Shown: positions 24,820 to 32,000 of the stretch, piece after piece
Layout of the letters: every line of letters starts with the position of its first letter
Numbering within the stretch: position 1 is the first letter of the stretch
From: Clostridia bacterium
Lineage (GTDB): Bacteria; Bacillota; Clostridia; Christensenellales; Aristaeellaceae
DNA: 32,000 nt
NCBI GenBank assembly: GCA_045617125.1
Contig: JAZLIA010000056.1
Coordinates: 4,612 to 36,611, forward strand
Direction of reading: 5' to 3'
Notes under the pieces: model-generated
What the model saw: only the letters and a program-made list of their open reading frames with translations
Database searches by the model: none
Told to the model about the DNA's origin: nothing
Position numbers and translations under genes: made by a program

Positions 24820-25793
24820 TCCGCTTTACTCCTCTCATTTTCCGCCTTTTCATAATCCCGGTGCGCTGCTTCCATAATCAGGAAGAAGCTTTGTCCGTTA
24901 GGTGAAGAACGGGTATAGGGATTTCTGCGGGCACAGTCACGCACGAAGCCGTATTCGTCCACACGGGCATGGAAGGCCGCACGCAGCCGATCCGCCACAG
25001 GAAGATACTTTTCACGTTCGATCAGGCCCTTCTGAAGGAACCGGTAAAGCACGCCTGTCAGAATCAGGGCCCCGTTCATCGCCACATGGGTATTGAGGTC
25101 ATCATAGGTATCCAGAGAAAAACCGTCATCGCCGGTCACCTTCAGCATCCCGTCCGCCACAAGCATCGTGCGCCTTACCAGATCCTGCCGTTCCTTTTCC
25201 ATGTTTTCCGGCAGAAGGAGCGCCACCCTTTCCATTCCCGCGATCGCAAAACCGTTGCAGATGCTGCGGAAATTGGGCCACACCACTTTCTTTTCGCTGT
25301 CATCCCACATCCAGTGCATCAACTGCTTTTCGGGGTCATAAAGCATGTCCCAGAAGCCATCGATCTGATGCAGGGCTTCCCTGTACTCCCCGGCCACTGC
25401 CAGGAACGGAGGCAGCATGTAAAGCGAATCCAGCCAGAACTGAGGCGCTCTGGTGATATGATAAATGATGCCCTTCCGGTTTCGGGGAGCCTGGTTAAGG
25501 GCATAATCCAGCAGCTTGTCATAGGCAATGCGGAATTGCTCATCTCCGGTGTAGCGCCAGGCTGCAAGCAATGCCTCGCCGGCACAGCAGGGATCGGTCA
25601 CCAGATCCTTCTCATCCACATTCTGAATGCACACCCGCCCGTCCGGCAGGCTCATCACGATAGCCTGTCGGGCCATCACGACCAGTTCATCCATCGCCCC
25701 AAACTCATACAGGGCCTGCATGGCTTCCCCATGTTCCCAGCAGCGGCGCTGGAAAGACAAAAGCGCTTTAATGACCTTATCCGTTTCCGGCAT
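24816..25793 (-). CDS. GH88/GH105-like six-hairpin glycosidase (unsaturated glucuronyl/rhamnogalacturonyl hydrolase-like)
   Basis: 325 aa. FWLDSLYMLPPFLAVAG resembles the W-x-D-x-x-Y-M-x-P-P-F block of YteR/UGL-type enzymes. No signal peptide. 4 nt overlap with the downstream gene. Confidence 0.6.
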   Translation of the reverse strand: MPETDKVIKALLSFQRRCWEHGEAMQALYEFGAMDELVVMARQAIVMSLPDGRVCIQNVDEKDLVTDPCCAGEALLAAWRYTGDEQFRIAYDKLLDYALNQAPRNRKGIIYHITRAPQFWLDSLYMLPPFLAVAGEYREALHQIDGFWDMLYDPEKQLMHWMWDDSEKKVVWPNFRSICNGFAIAGMERVALLLPENMEKERQDLVRRTMLVADGMLKVTGDDGFSLDTYDDLNTHVAMNGALILTGVLYRFLQKGLIEREKYLPVADRLRAAFHARVDEYGFVRDCARRNPYTRSSPNGQSFFLIMEAAHRDYEKAENERSKAE

Positions 25794-25807
25794 GACTGTT
25801 TTCCTCC

Positions 25808-26563
25808 TCAGCGATACAGCTCCACGCTGAATTTCACACGATTTCCGCAGTAACGGGAAATGCTGTATTCGATGGCCTCCCCCTCATCCGTGTAGGCGAT
25901 GGTACGCACCAGCGCAATCGCATCATTCGTTGCGATATGCAGCAGCTTCGCCGTCTGAGGCGCGGCATTCCGGGCCTCGATCTCACGGGTGACCCGGGAC
26001 ACATGCAGGCCATAGATCCTTTCCAGGGAGGCATACAGCGTCACCTTGGAAAAATCCTCTTCCAGCAGTTTCCTGAAGCGGTCGTAGGGCAGATAGGTTT
26101 CCTGATACAAAATGGGTTCGTCATCTGCGGAACGGATACGCCTGAGTTCGATCAGCCCGGCATCTCCGCTCAGCCCCAGCTTTTCATTGATCTCTTTTCT
26201 CGGGCCAACGCACATCATGCTCAGCAGCGTGGTGGAAGGCGTCATGCCCTTTTCCTTCATTTCATCGTTGAAGGTTTTAAGCTGGTTCAAAAATTTCGCA
26301 TCGATCTTGGGAAGAGAAACATAGGTCCCCTTCCCCTTGCGCCGCTCAAGATATCCCTCCACCACCAATTCATTCAGGGCCTGACGGACGGTCGGACGGC
26401 TGATACGCAGATAATCCACCAGATCATTCTCCGGAGGGGTCAGATCTCCCTGCACCAGCACGCCGCGGTTGATCAGGTCCTTAAACTGGGTTTTGAGCTG
26501 GAAATAGAGCGGAATGGGAACACTTTTGTCGATAGGCTTAAAATCATTAACAGTGCACGGCAT
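25808..26563 (-). CDS. GntR-family transcriptional regulator, HutC/FarR subfamily (UTRA effector domain)
   Basis: PIPLYFQLKTQFKDLINRGVL...LPPENDLVDYLRISRPTVRQALNELVVEGYLERRKGKGTYV, followed by a UTRA-length C-terminal domain of about 150 aa. Confidence 0.85.
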   Translation of the reverse strand: MPCTVNDFKPIDKSVPIPLYFQLKTQFKDLINRGVLVQGDLTPPENDLVDYLRISRPTVRQALNELVVEGYLERRKGKGTYVSLPKIDAKFLNQLKTFNDEMKEKGMTPSTTLLSMMCVGPRKEINEKLGLSGDAGLIELRRIRSADDEPILYQETYLPYDRFRKLLEEDFSKVTLYASLERIYGLHVSRVTREIEARNAAPQTAKLLHIATNDAIALVRTIAYTDEGEAIEYSISRYCGNRVKFSVELYR

Positions 26564-26578
26564 TTTTCTTCACCTCGG

Positions 26579-27568
26579 TCAGAAAATCTTCAGTTCTGCC
26601 ATCGTTGCAGGCATCTCATGGGCAGTATTGACCTTTCCGGGTCCAACAGAAAGATCAAAGCAGGAGGCGATCAGCTTTCCCTGCCATATGATCGGCTCAC
26701 CGGGCTGATCTAATTCGCCGTTGAAGCCGTCACAGTCAGGGCTCTGGGCAAGGCGCTCCAGCTTTCCATCCGGTGTCATTTTCGCAATAGCATTCACCTT
26801 GAAATCGGCAATATAGCAATTGTCATTTTCATCAAAGATCATTCCGTCCGTGCTGACCAGCTGTTCCGGGTCACGGGCAAAGGCAATATGCTCCCTGACG
26901 CTTCCGTCTTCATTAAACCGGATCCTGCGGATCTCACCGTCACCAAAGTTGCCGACAAACAGCTCGCCCTTGGAATTGAAAGCGATGCCGTCAGCGCCGT
27001 AACGGTTGGAAAGGTTTTGAGTAACGAAGGAAACGAGCAGGTGATCATCTTCCAGAGTGTTCTTCACATGGATATCATGCTCATTCAGTCCGAAACGGTA
27101 TACACCGCTCACCATTCTGCCTTTTTCATCGGGCACACGGGTCATTTTGCTCTCGGTGACATACATATAATCACCCCGGATGCGGATGCCGTTGGGATGT
27201 TCCATTTCATCCGCCACCACTGTGCAGGAAAGGATCTCCCCTTCAGGAGAAGCCTTCACCTTGAGAACCCTTCCCTTGAACTGGGAAGCGTCCTTTCTCC
27301 AGCCCTGATTGTCGCAGATATACAGGTAACCGAACCGGTCAAACTCGATGCCCATGTTCCGGGCCACTCCGGTCTCAGGATGAACAGGCACATCAAACCA
27401 CTTGGAAATGTTCTTATCCTTATCGATACGTACAATGCACCCGGACATGGTATCTTCGGCATAGTTGGGGCAGGAAAGGATCAGGTTGCCCTCCCTGTCG
27501 ATGGCCATGCCGTCCGGGGTGCACACATATTCAGGGGGAAGCAAGGCAAACAATGTTGTATCTTTCAT
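26579..27568 (-). CDS. SMP-30/gluconolactonase/LRE-like beta-propeller protein (sugar lactonase-like)
   Basis: Repeated blade motifs: PDGMAIDREGNL, PNGIRIRGDYMYV, ADGIAFNSKGELFV, TDGMIFDENDNCYIADF. Start moved to ATG 27568 (GAAGGAGAA RBS). Confidence 0.7.
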   Translation of the reverse strand: MKDTTLFALLPPEYVCTPDGMAIDREGNLILSCPNYAEDTMSGCIVRIDKDKNISKWFDVPVHPETGVARNMGIEFDRFGYLYICDNQGWRKDASQFKGRVLKVKASPEGEILSCTVVADEMEHPNGIRIRGDYMYVTESKMTRVPDEKGRMVSGVYRFGLNEHDIHVKNTLEDDHLLVSFVTQNLSNRYGADGIAFNSKGELFVGNFGDGEIRRIRFNEDGSVREHIAFARDPEQLVSTDGMIFDENDNCYIADFKVNAIAKMTPDGKLERLAQSPDCDGFNGELDQPGEPIIWQGKLIASCFDLSVGPGKVNTAHEMPATMAELKIF

Positions 27569-27599
27569 GGCAAATTCTCCTTCAAAACAACATGTGATC

Positions 27600-27611
27600 A
27601 TGTCATGACAT
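27600..27611. promoter_or_regulatory. Perfect 12 bp palindrome ATGTCATGACAT (candidate GntR/HutC operator)
   Basis: Located 32 nt upstream of the lactonase-like ATG, in the only sizeable gap (27569-27706) of the operon. It contains the GT-N-AC core typical of GntR operators. Confidence 0.4.
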
Positions 27612-27706
27612 AAAGATATGATTATTTATAACACAACCTGCCCTGCCTGTCAATTCCGGTGCTGTAATGCCCTGCATCTGTTAATGCTTATGAAAAGCCG
27701 CTGTTT

Positions 27707-28381
27707 TCAGCGCTGATCGGCACGCTCAACGATCGTTTTTGCGGAGCGGTAATTGATGCCGAAACGCTTTACGCCCAGATCCAGCATCCTGTCCACCGTT
27801 TCGATATCGCGGATGCCGCCGGCAGCCTTCACCCACACCTTATCTTTGGCTGCTTTCATGATGGTCTCCACATGATGGATCGTGGTGGGGCCTTCCATAC
27901 CGGAAGCGCTCTTCACGCAGTCGGCTCCGGAAGCGATCACTAGTTCCACCGCATTTTCGATCTCCTCATCCGTCTGCAGCGGGCATTCGATGATCACCTT
28001 AAGGGCATGCTCTCTGCCGATCGCGTCCTTCACCGTGCCGATATCCCGTACCACCTCATCATAAAGGCCGGATTTGAACAGACTCAGGTTCATCACCATA
28101 TCGATTTCCCTGGCGCCCAGATCCACCGCCCATTTGGCAGCCGCGGCTTTGATATGGGTGGGATCCGCACCGGACCAGCGGCAGCAGCCGAAGCCGGGAT
28201 TGGTATCACTGCCCTTCAGGTTTTCCACCAGATAGGGAAAATAACATGCAGGCGCATTGATCGCAAAAAAATGATACTGCTTGGCTTCAGCGATCATCTG
28301 TTCCACCTCCTGCTTTGTCGCAAGGGTGGCCACATCGGTGCTGTCGATCAAGCGCGCCAATTGTTTTCCGTTAAGCTGCAT
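27707..28381 (-). CDS. DeoC/LacD-family class I aldolase (deoxyribose-phosphate aldolase-like)
   Basis: LIDSTDVATLATKQEVEQMIAEAKQYHF, GADCVKSASG (Schiff-base Lys context), VKAAGGIRD. ATG 28381 with GAGGTGA 6 nt upstream is preferred over the GTG at 28390. Confidence 0.75.
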   Translation of the reverse strand: MQLNGKQLARLIDSTDVATLATKQEVEQMIAEAKQYHFFAINAPACYFPYLVENLKGSDTNPGFGCCRWSGADPTHIKAAAAKWAVDLGAREIDMVMNLSLFKSGLYDEVVRDIGTVKDAIGREHALKVIIECPLQTDEEIENAVELVIASGADCVKSASGMEGPTTIHHVETIMKAAKDKVWVKAAGGIRDIETVDRMLDLGVKRFGINYRSAKTIVERADQR

Positions 28382-28402
28382 TTTCTTCACCTCAATTATG
28401 AA

Positions 28403-28882
28403 TTATTCATTCTCTTCAGTCACGATCAGCGGGCCCGCACCCGGTTCAAGATGCCAGGTACGCGCATCGTTTTCCCAGGTCGCGGCTTCGCACAAAATGA
28501 GCACATGCACACTGTCAGCCCCGTAAGGAAACTGACGTCCGTGTACCGTACCGGGATAAAGCTTCACCAAAGTGCCCCTTGGAACGATAAACGCCTCCAG
28601 CTTCTCCGGATCGGGCTCCTCACATTTTTTTCCCACATAGATCACCATATCGGCATCCAGAGGAAGGCGGGTCTCGCTGGTACGTGCATGATACTCATAC
28701 CAGGGAATGCGCATTTCGCAGGCGCAGGCATAGCCCACCGACATTCCCACCTCCGCCAGAGGCTGCCAGGTGATCCTGTCCGGGAAAAAAGCGGATTGTT
28801 TTTCTTCCCCCTGAGACAGGAGATCGCAGAATTCGCCGTAGGGGGCAAAGGCTTCCCGGGTCAGTTTTTTTACCTTGATCAT
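28403..28882 (-). CDS. Ureidoglycolate-lyase-like cupin protein
   Basis: MIKVKKLTREAFAPYGEF... resembles the AllA-family N-terminus, and the size is about 159 aa. Start moved to ATG 28882, just after the upstream stop at 28887. Confidence 0.55.
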   Translation of the reverse strand: MIKVKKLTREAFAPYGEFCDLLSQGEEKQSAFFPDRITWQPLAEVGMSVGYACACEMRIPWYEYHARTSETRLPLDADMVIYVGKKCEEPDPEKLEAFIVPRGTLVKLYPGTVHGRQFPYGADSVHVLILCEAATWENDARTWHLEPGAGPLIVTEENE

Positions 28883-28886
28883 ACTT

Positions 28887-29714
28887 TCACCCCTTGACAG
28901 AACCGGCAGCGATGCCCTTGATGAAGCTCTTGGAGAACACCACATACAGCACCAGCACCGGCAGCACGGCCCATGTAAGGGCTGCCATGCGCCCGCCTAT
29001 ATCAAACCGGAACTCGGAGATCAGGTTGGATACGAACAGCGGGATCGTGAACATATCGTTGTTGTTGACGATCAGCATAGGCAGCATATAGTTGTTCCAG
29101 GACCACATGAAGAGCAATATGGAAATGGTAGACACCGCAGGAACGATGAAGGGCGTGACCAGATTGATCAGGATGCGCATTTCGTTAGCCCCGTCAATGC
29201 GTCCGCTCTCGATGATCTCCGTTGGAACAGAGCCCTTCATAAACTGCATCATGAAGAAAGCAGTGAAGGGATGGGCCAGCCAGGTAAACACCAGCGGCCA
29301 CAGCGAATTGGTAAGGTGAAAAGTACGCATCTCCATGATATAGCCGATGGTGGAGATCTGCCCCGGAAGCATCATCGTGACGATGATGAGGCCCTCCAGG
29401 AACTTACGGCCCCGGAAGCGATATTTTGCCACCGCATAGGAGATAAGCACGCTGTTGATCACGCTGCCCAGAATGGAAAAGACCGTGACAAACACGCTGT
29501 TGGCATAGCAGCGGAGGAAGTTGCCCTCCAGCAGGGTCTTCGTGTTGGCGAAAAAGCTGCTGCCAAACCAGAAGGGCAGCGTTTTCATCAGCTCCTCCGT
29601 AGTGTAAGAGCCCATAACCGGCAGCACGAAAAACGGGAAGAGGCAGAAGAGCGCAAGCAGAAGGATCAGGATCAGGATCAGCATCCGCACAGGGATCTTT
29701 GCAAGCTTTTTCAT
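28887..29714 (-). CDS. Carbohydrate ABC transporter permease (MalG-like)
   Basis: About 6 TM segments and an EAA-like loop IIESGRIDGANEMRILINLVTP. ATG 29714 lies 1 nt after the upstream stop. Confidence 0.85.
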   Translation of the reverse strand: MKKLAKIPVRMLILILILLLALFCLFPFFVLPVMGSYTTEELMKTLPFWFGSSFFANTKTLLEGNFLRCYANSVFVTVFSILGSVINSVLISYAVAKYRFRGRKFLEGLIIVTMMLPGQISTIGYIMEMRTFHLTNSLWPLVFTWLAHPFTAFFMMQFMKGSVPTEIIESGRIDGANEMRILINLVTPFIVPAVSTISILLFMWSWNNYMLPMLIVNNNDMFTIPLFVSNLISEFRFDIGGRMAALTWAVLPVLVLYVVFSKSFIKGIAAGSVKG

Positions 29715-29715
29715 A

Positions 29716-30636
29716 TCAATCCTCCCCCTTTCTGGCCGAGATGGCTTTGGACAGAAGCGAGAAGAACATAATGACGACGAACAGGATGTAGCAAATGGAC
29801 GCGCCATAACCCAGGCGCATCTTCTTACCGAATGCGTCGTTCACGAATTTCCAGATGATGGTGTACGCCGAATAGCCCGGACCGCCCGTAGCCGAAGTGG
29901 TGCCGGCATAGAGCTGCTTGGGGATCTCGTACAATTGCATACCGTTGATGATCGAGGTCATGATCAGGAACACCGTGAGGTTATTGAGCTGAGGCACCGT
30001 GATCCGGGTGAAAAGCTGCCATTCATTAGCGCCGTCGATCCGGGCCGCTTCATAGACATCCTGAGAAATGGAGGTCATACCGGCCAGATAGATGACCATG
30101 CAATAGCCAAAGTGGCGCCACACCTGCATCAGAACGATGATCACACGGGTCATGGCCGGATCCTGCAGATAATAGATCTTATCATTGATCAGGCCCAGTT
30201 TGAGAAGCAGTTCGTTCACATAGCCGTACTGCCAGTCAAACAGGTTGGAAAAGATCGCGCCGATAGCGATAGGGGCAATGATATAAGGAAGGAAGAACAC
30301 CGTTTCACACAGCCGTTTGGTGCGGCGCAGTGAAAATACATAATTGGCCAGCATCAGGCCCAGCACCGTCTGAAGCGGAACGGATACGAGCATGAACAGG
30401 ATCGTGTTCCACATGGAGGTCCAGAACAGAGAATCCTTCGTAAGGACGGAAGTATAATTGCTGATGCCAACGAAGGTCTTGGCCTTGATCCCGTTCCAGT
30501 CAAAGAAGCTGAGATAAAGGGAATAAAAAGTCGGATAAACCGTGAAGATCACAAAGCAGATCACATAGGGCGCTGCCAGCAGATAAGGCCACGCCTTCGT
30601 CATATTCTTCTTTCTGAGGCGAACAGGTCTTTCCAT
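29716..30636 (-). CDS. Carbohydrate ABC transporter permease (MalF-like)
   Basis: EAA loop YEAARIDGANEWQLFTRITVP and 6 TM segments. AAGGAGAA RBS 7 nt upstream of ATG 30636. Confidence 0.85.
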   Translation of the reverse strand: MERPVRLRKKNMTKAWPYLLAAPYVICFVIFTVYPTFYSLYLSFFDWNGIKAKTFVGISNYTSVLTKDSLFWTSMWNTILFMLVSVPLQTVLGLMLANYVFSLRRTKRLCETVFFLPYIIAPIAIGAIFSNLFDWQYGYVNELLLKLGLINDKIYYLQDPAMTRVIIVLMQVWRHFGYCMVIYLAGMTSISQDVYEAARIDGANEWQLFTRITVPQLNNLTVFLIMTSIINGMQLYEIPKQLYAGTTSATGGPGYSAYTIIWKFVNDAFGKKMRLGYGASICYILFVVIMFFSLLSKAISARKGED

Positions 30637-30656
30637 ACATATTTCTCCTTACGGGA

Positions 30657-30686
30657 CCCGGACATGCCCCGAGGGACATGTCCGGG
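30657..30686 (-). promoter_or_regulatory. Intercistronic stem-loop between the binding-protein and permease genes
   Basis: A perfect 10 bp stem, cccggacatg (30657-30666) / catgtccggg (30677-30686), with no U-tract. This arrangement is typical of mRNA-stabilising hairpins downstream of ABC binding-protein genes. Confidence 0.5.
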
Positions 30687-30695
30687 CGGGATTGA

Positions 30696-32000
30696 TCAGA
30701 ACACGTTCGCAGTGGGTTCAAGGAGCCTGACGTTTTCGATCACATAGTTGATCAGGTCCTGAGCAGTAAGGGAAGGATTCAACATCATCTGCAGACGGGC
30801 ATCCTTCACAACATCGGTCACCGTGGTGGAATACTCGGTGAAGGTTTCGTAGGGAGCCACGTTGGTGCCGATGGAATCATAGATGTAGGAGCAGATATTC
30901 TGTCCGTTGTACCAGGAGGAATACAGGAAGTCGCCGTTCAGAGGAGAAGTCTCGTCCTCATAGAAGGTCTTGAAGCTGGGGATCCAGCCGATCTTGGTGT
31001 AGATGGAGGAATAGCCCTCGGTGGTTCCCTTGAAATACTTGATGAAGGCCCAGGCCGCTTCCTTGTTCTCGCTGCCTACATAGATACCCTGAGAGGTGCC
31101 GCCGTTGAGCCAGCTGGTCTCGGGGCAGTTGCAAAAACGCCACAGACCCTCGGTGGTCTTTTCAGAGTCGTTGGAGGCGATGCAGCTGTTAGTGGACCAG
31201 GAAGCATGGTTGAAGAAGATCACGGAGCCGTTGGTGTAAGCGGCATTCCAGGAGGTGCTGTTCTTTTCGTTGGAGCCGAAGGGAACACCGGCATCCTGGA
31301 TCATCTTGGCAGTTTCGAAGGCCTTCAGATAACGGCCGGTCACATCGATGTTGTCACCGTCGATGAATTCGGCAGCCGTCTGTCCGCAGATCATTTCAGT
31401 GAGATCCGCCACGGATTCCATCATGTACACGCCGTCGCCCGCAACATCCTTCAGCTTGAGGCCGGTCGCGATGAAGCTGTCCCAATCCTTGATCAGGGCA
31501 TACACATCTTCAGGCTCGGTCACGCCGAAATACTTTTCGGTGAGGTCCACACGATACACGAAGCCGGAGGGGCAATACTGGTTGTCCAGAGACACCAGAC
31601 GGCCCTGGGAATCCACCAGACCGGGCAGTACGCAATCGAAGATCTCGCTGCGGTCATAGTTGTAGGGATCCGCTTCCAGGTCTTCCAGAATATCCATGGC
31701 AAACAGGGCGCCGCGGTTGGACACTTCGCAGCTGATGATGTCGGGCACATCCAGGTTGGACGCCACGGCAGCCTGCAGCTTGGTGAGGAAATCGTTGTTG
31801 TTGACCAGAACGTAATCATACTCCACATTGGGGAACACTTCGGGCACGATGCTCTTTTCGTGCTTCATCACCTTTTCACCCTGACTCCACTCAATGAGCT
31901 TACCGGAGGGATTGGCGCCGAATTCTTCCGCGGCAGCGACACTGCACAGCAATATCATGGTTGCGAGCAGGCAGGCAACGAATTTCATACCGTTCTTCAT
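30696..32000 (-). CDS. Extracellular solute-binding protein of a carbohydrate ABC importer
   Basis: 434 aa. N-terminal signal/lipoprotein-like sequence MKNGMKFVACLLATMILLCSVAAA. Size and position fit a family-1 SBP. The ATG is exactly at the window end, so the promoter is outside the window. Confidence 0.8.
   Translation of the reverse strand: MKNGMKFVACLLATMILLCSVAAAEEFGANPSGKLIEWSQGEKVMKHEKSIVPEVFPNVEYDYVLVNNNDFLTKLQAAVASNLDVPDIISCEVSNRGALFAMDILEDLEADPYNYDRSEIFDCVLPGLVDSQGRLVSLDNQYCPSGFVYRVDLTEKYFGVTEPEDVYALIKDWDSFIATGLKLKDVAGDGVYMMESVADLTEMICGQTAAEFIDGDNIDVTGRYLKAFETAKMIQDAGVPFGSNEKNSTSWNAAYTNGSVIFFNHASWSTNSCIASNDSEKTTEGLWRFCNCPETSWLNGGTSQGIYVGSENKEAAWAFIKYFKGTTEGYSSIYTKIGWIPSFKTFYEDETSPLNGDFLYSSWYNGQNICSYIYDSIGTNVAPYETFTEYSTTVTDVVKDARLQMMLNPSLTAQDLINYVIENVRLLEPTANVF

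Overview
This 32 kb window looks like a Gram-positive, probably clostridial, chromosome: GGAGG-type ribosome binding sites, tightly packed operons and mid-to-high G+C judged by eye. All family calls rest on motifs I recognised by reading the translations; no database search was run. Most of the window is ordinary metabolism. It holds a ROK regulator with two divergent Zn-dehydrogenases, a GH2 beta-mannosidase, an NAD salvage operon (nadE, NMN adenylyltransferase, pncB) with a divergent MFS transporter, and a four-gene ABC-2/GldG-like/DUF4340 module. A 13.5 kb minus-strand sugar operon runs from 32000 to 18444: ABC importer, cupin, DeoC-like aldolase, lactonase-like propeller, GntR, GH88/105-like hydrolase, dehydrogenase and FGGY kinase, ending unusually in a class III CoA-transferase, a biotin-dependent carboxyltransferase, a biotin carrier and an unknown protein. 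The standout is the left edge (1-2236, minus strand). Three tandem small genes encode peptides with near-identical double-glycine leaders (...ELTEEELEQVSGG) and unrelated C-terminal cores. They are followed by a GC hairpin and a GT8 glycosyltransferase whose C-terminus reads like a PqqD-type RiPP recognition element. That gene is missing from the ORF track because it runs off the window. I interpret this as a candidate undescribed glycosylated-RiPP system, truncated by the window edge. A second accessory feature is an AT-rich islet (8117-9777) carrying a stand-alone condensation-like HHxxxD protein. I found no tRNA, rRNA, CRISPR array or transposase.
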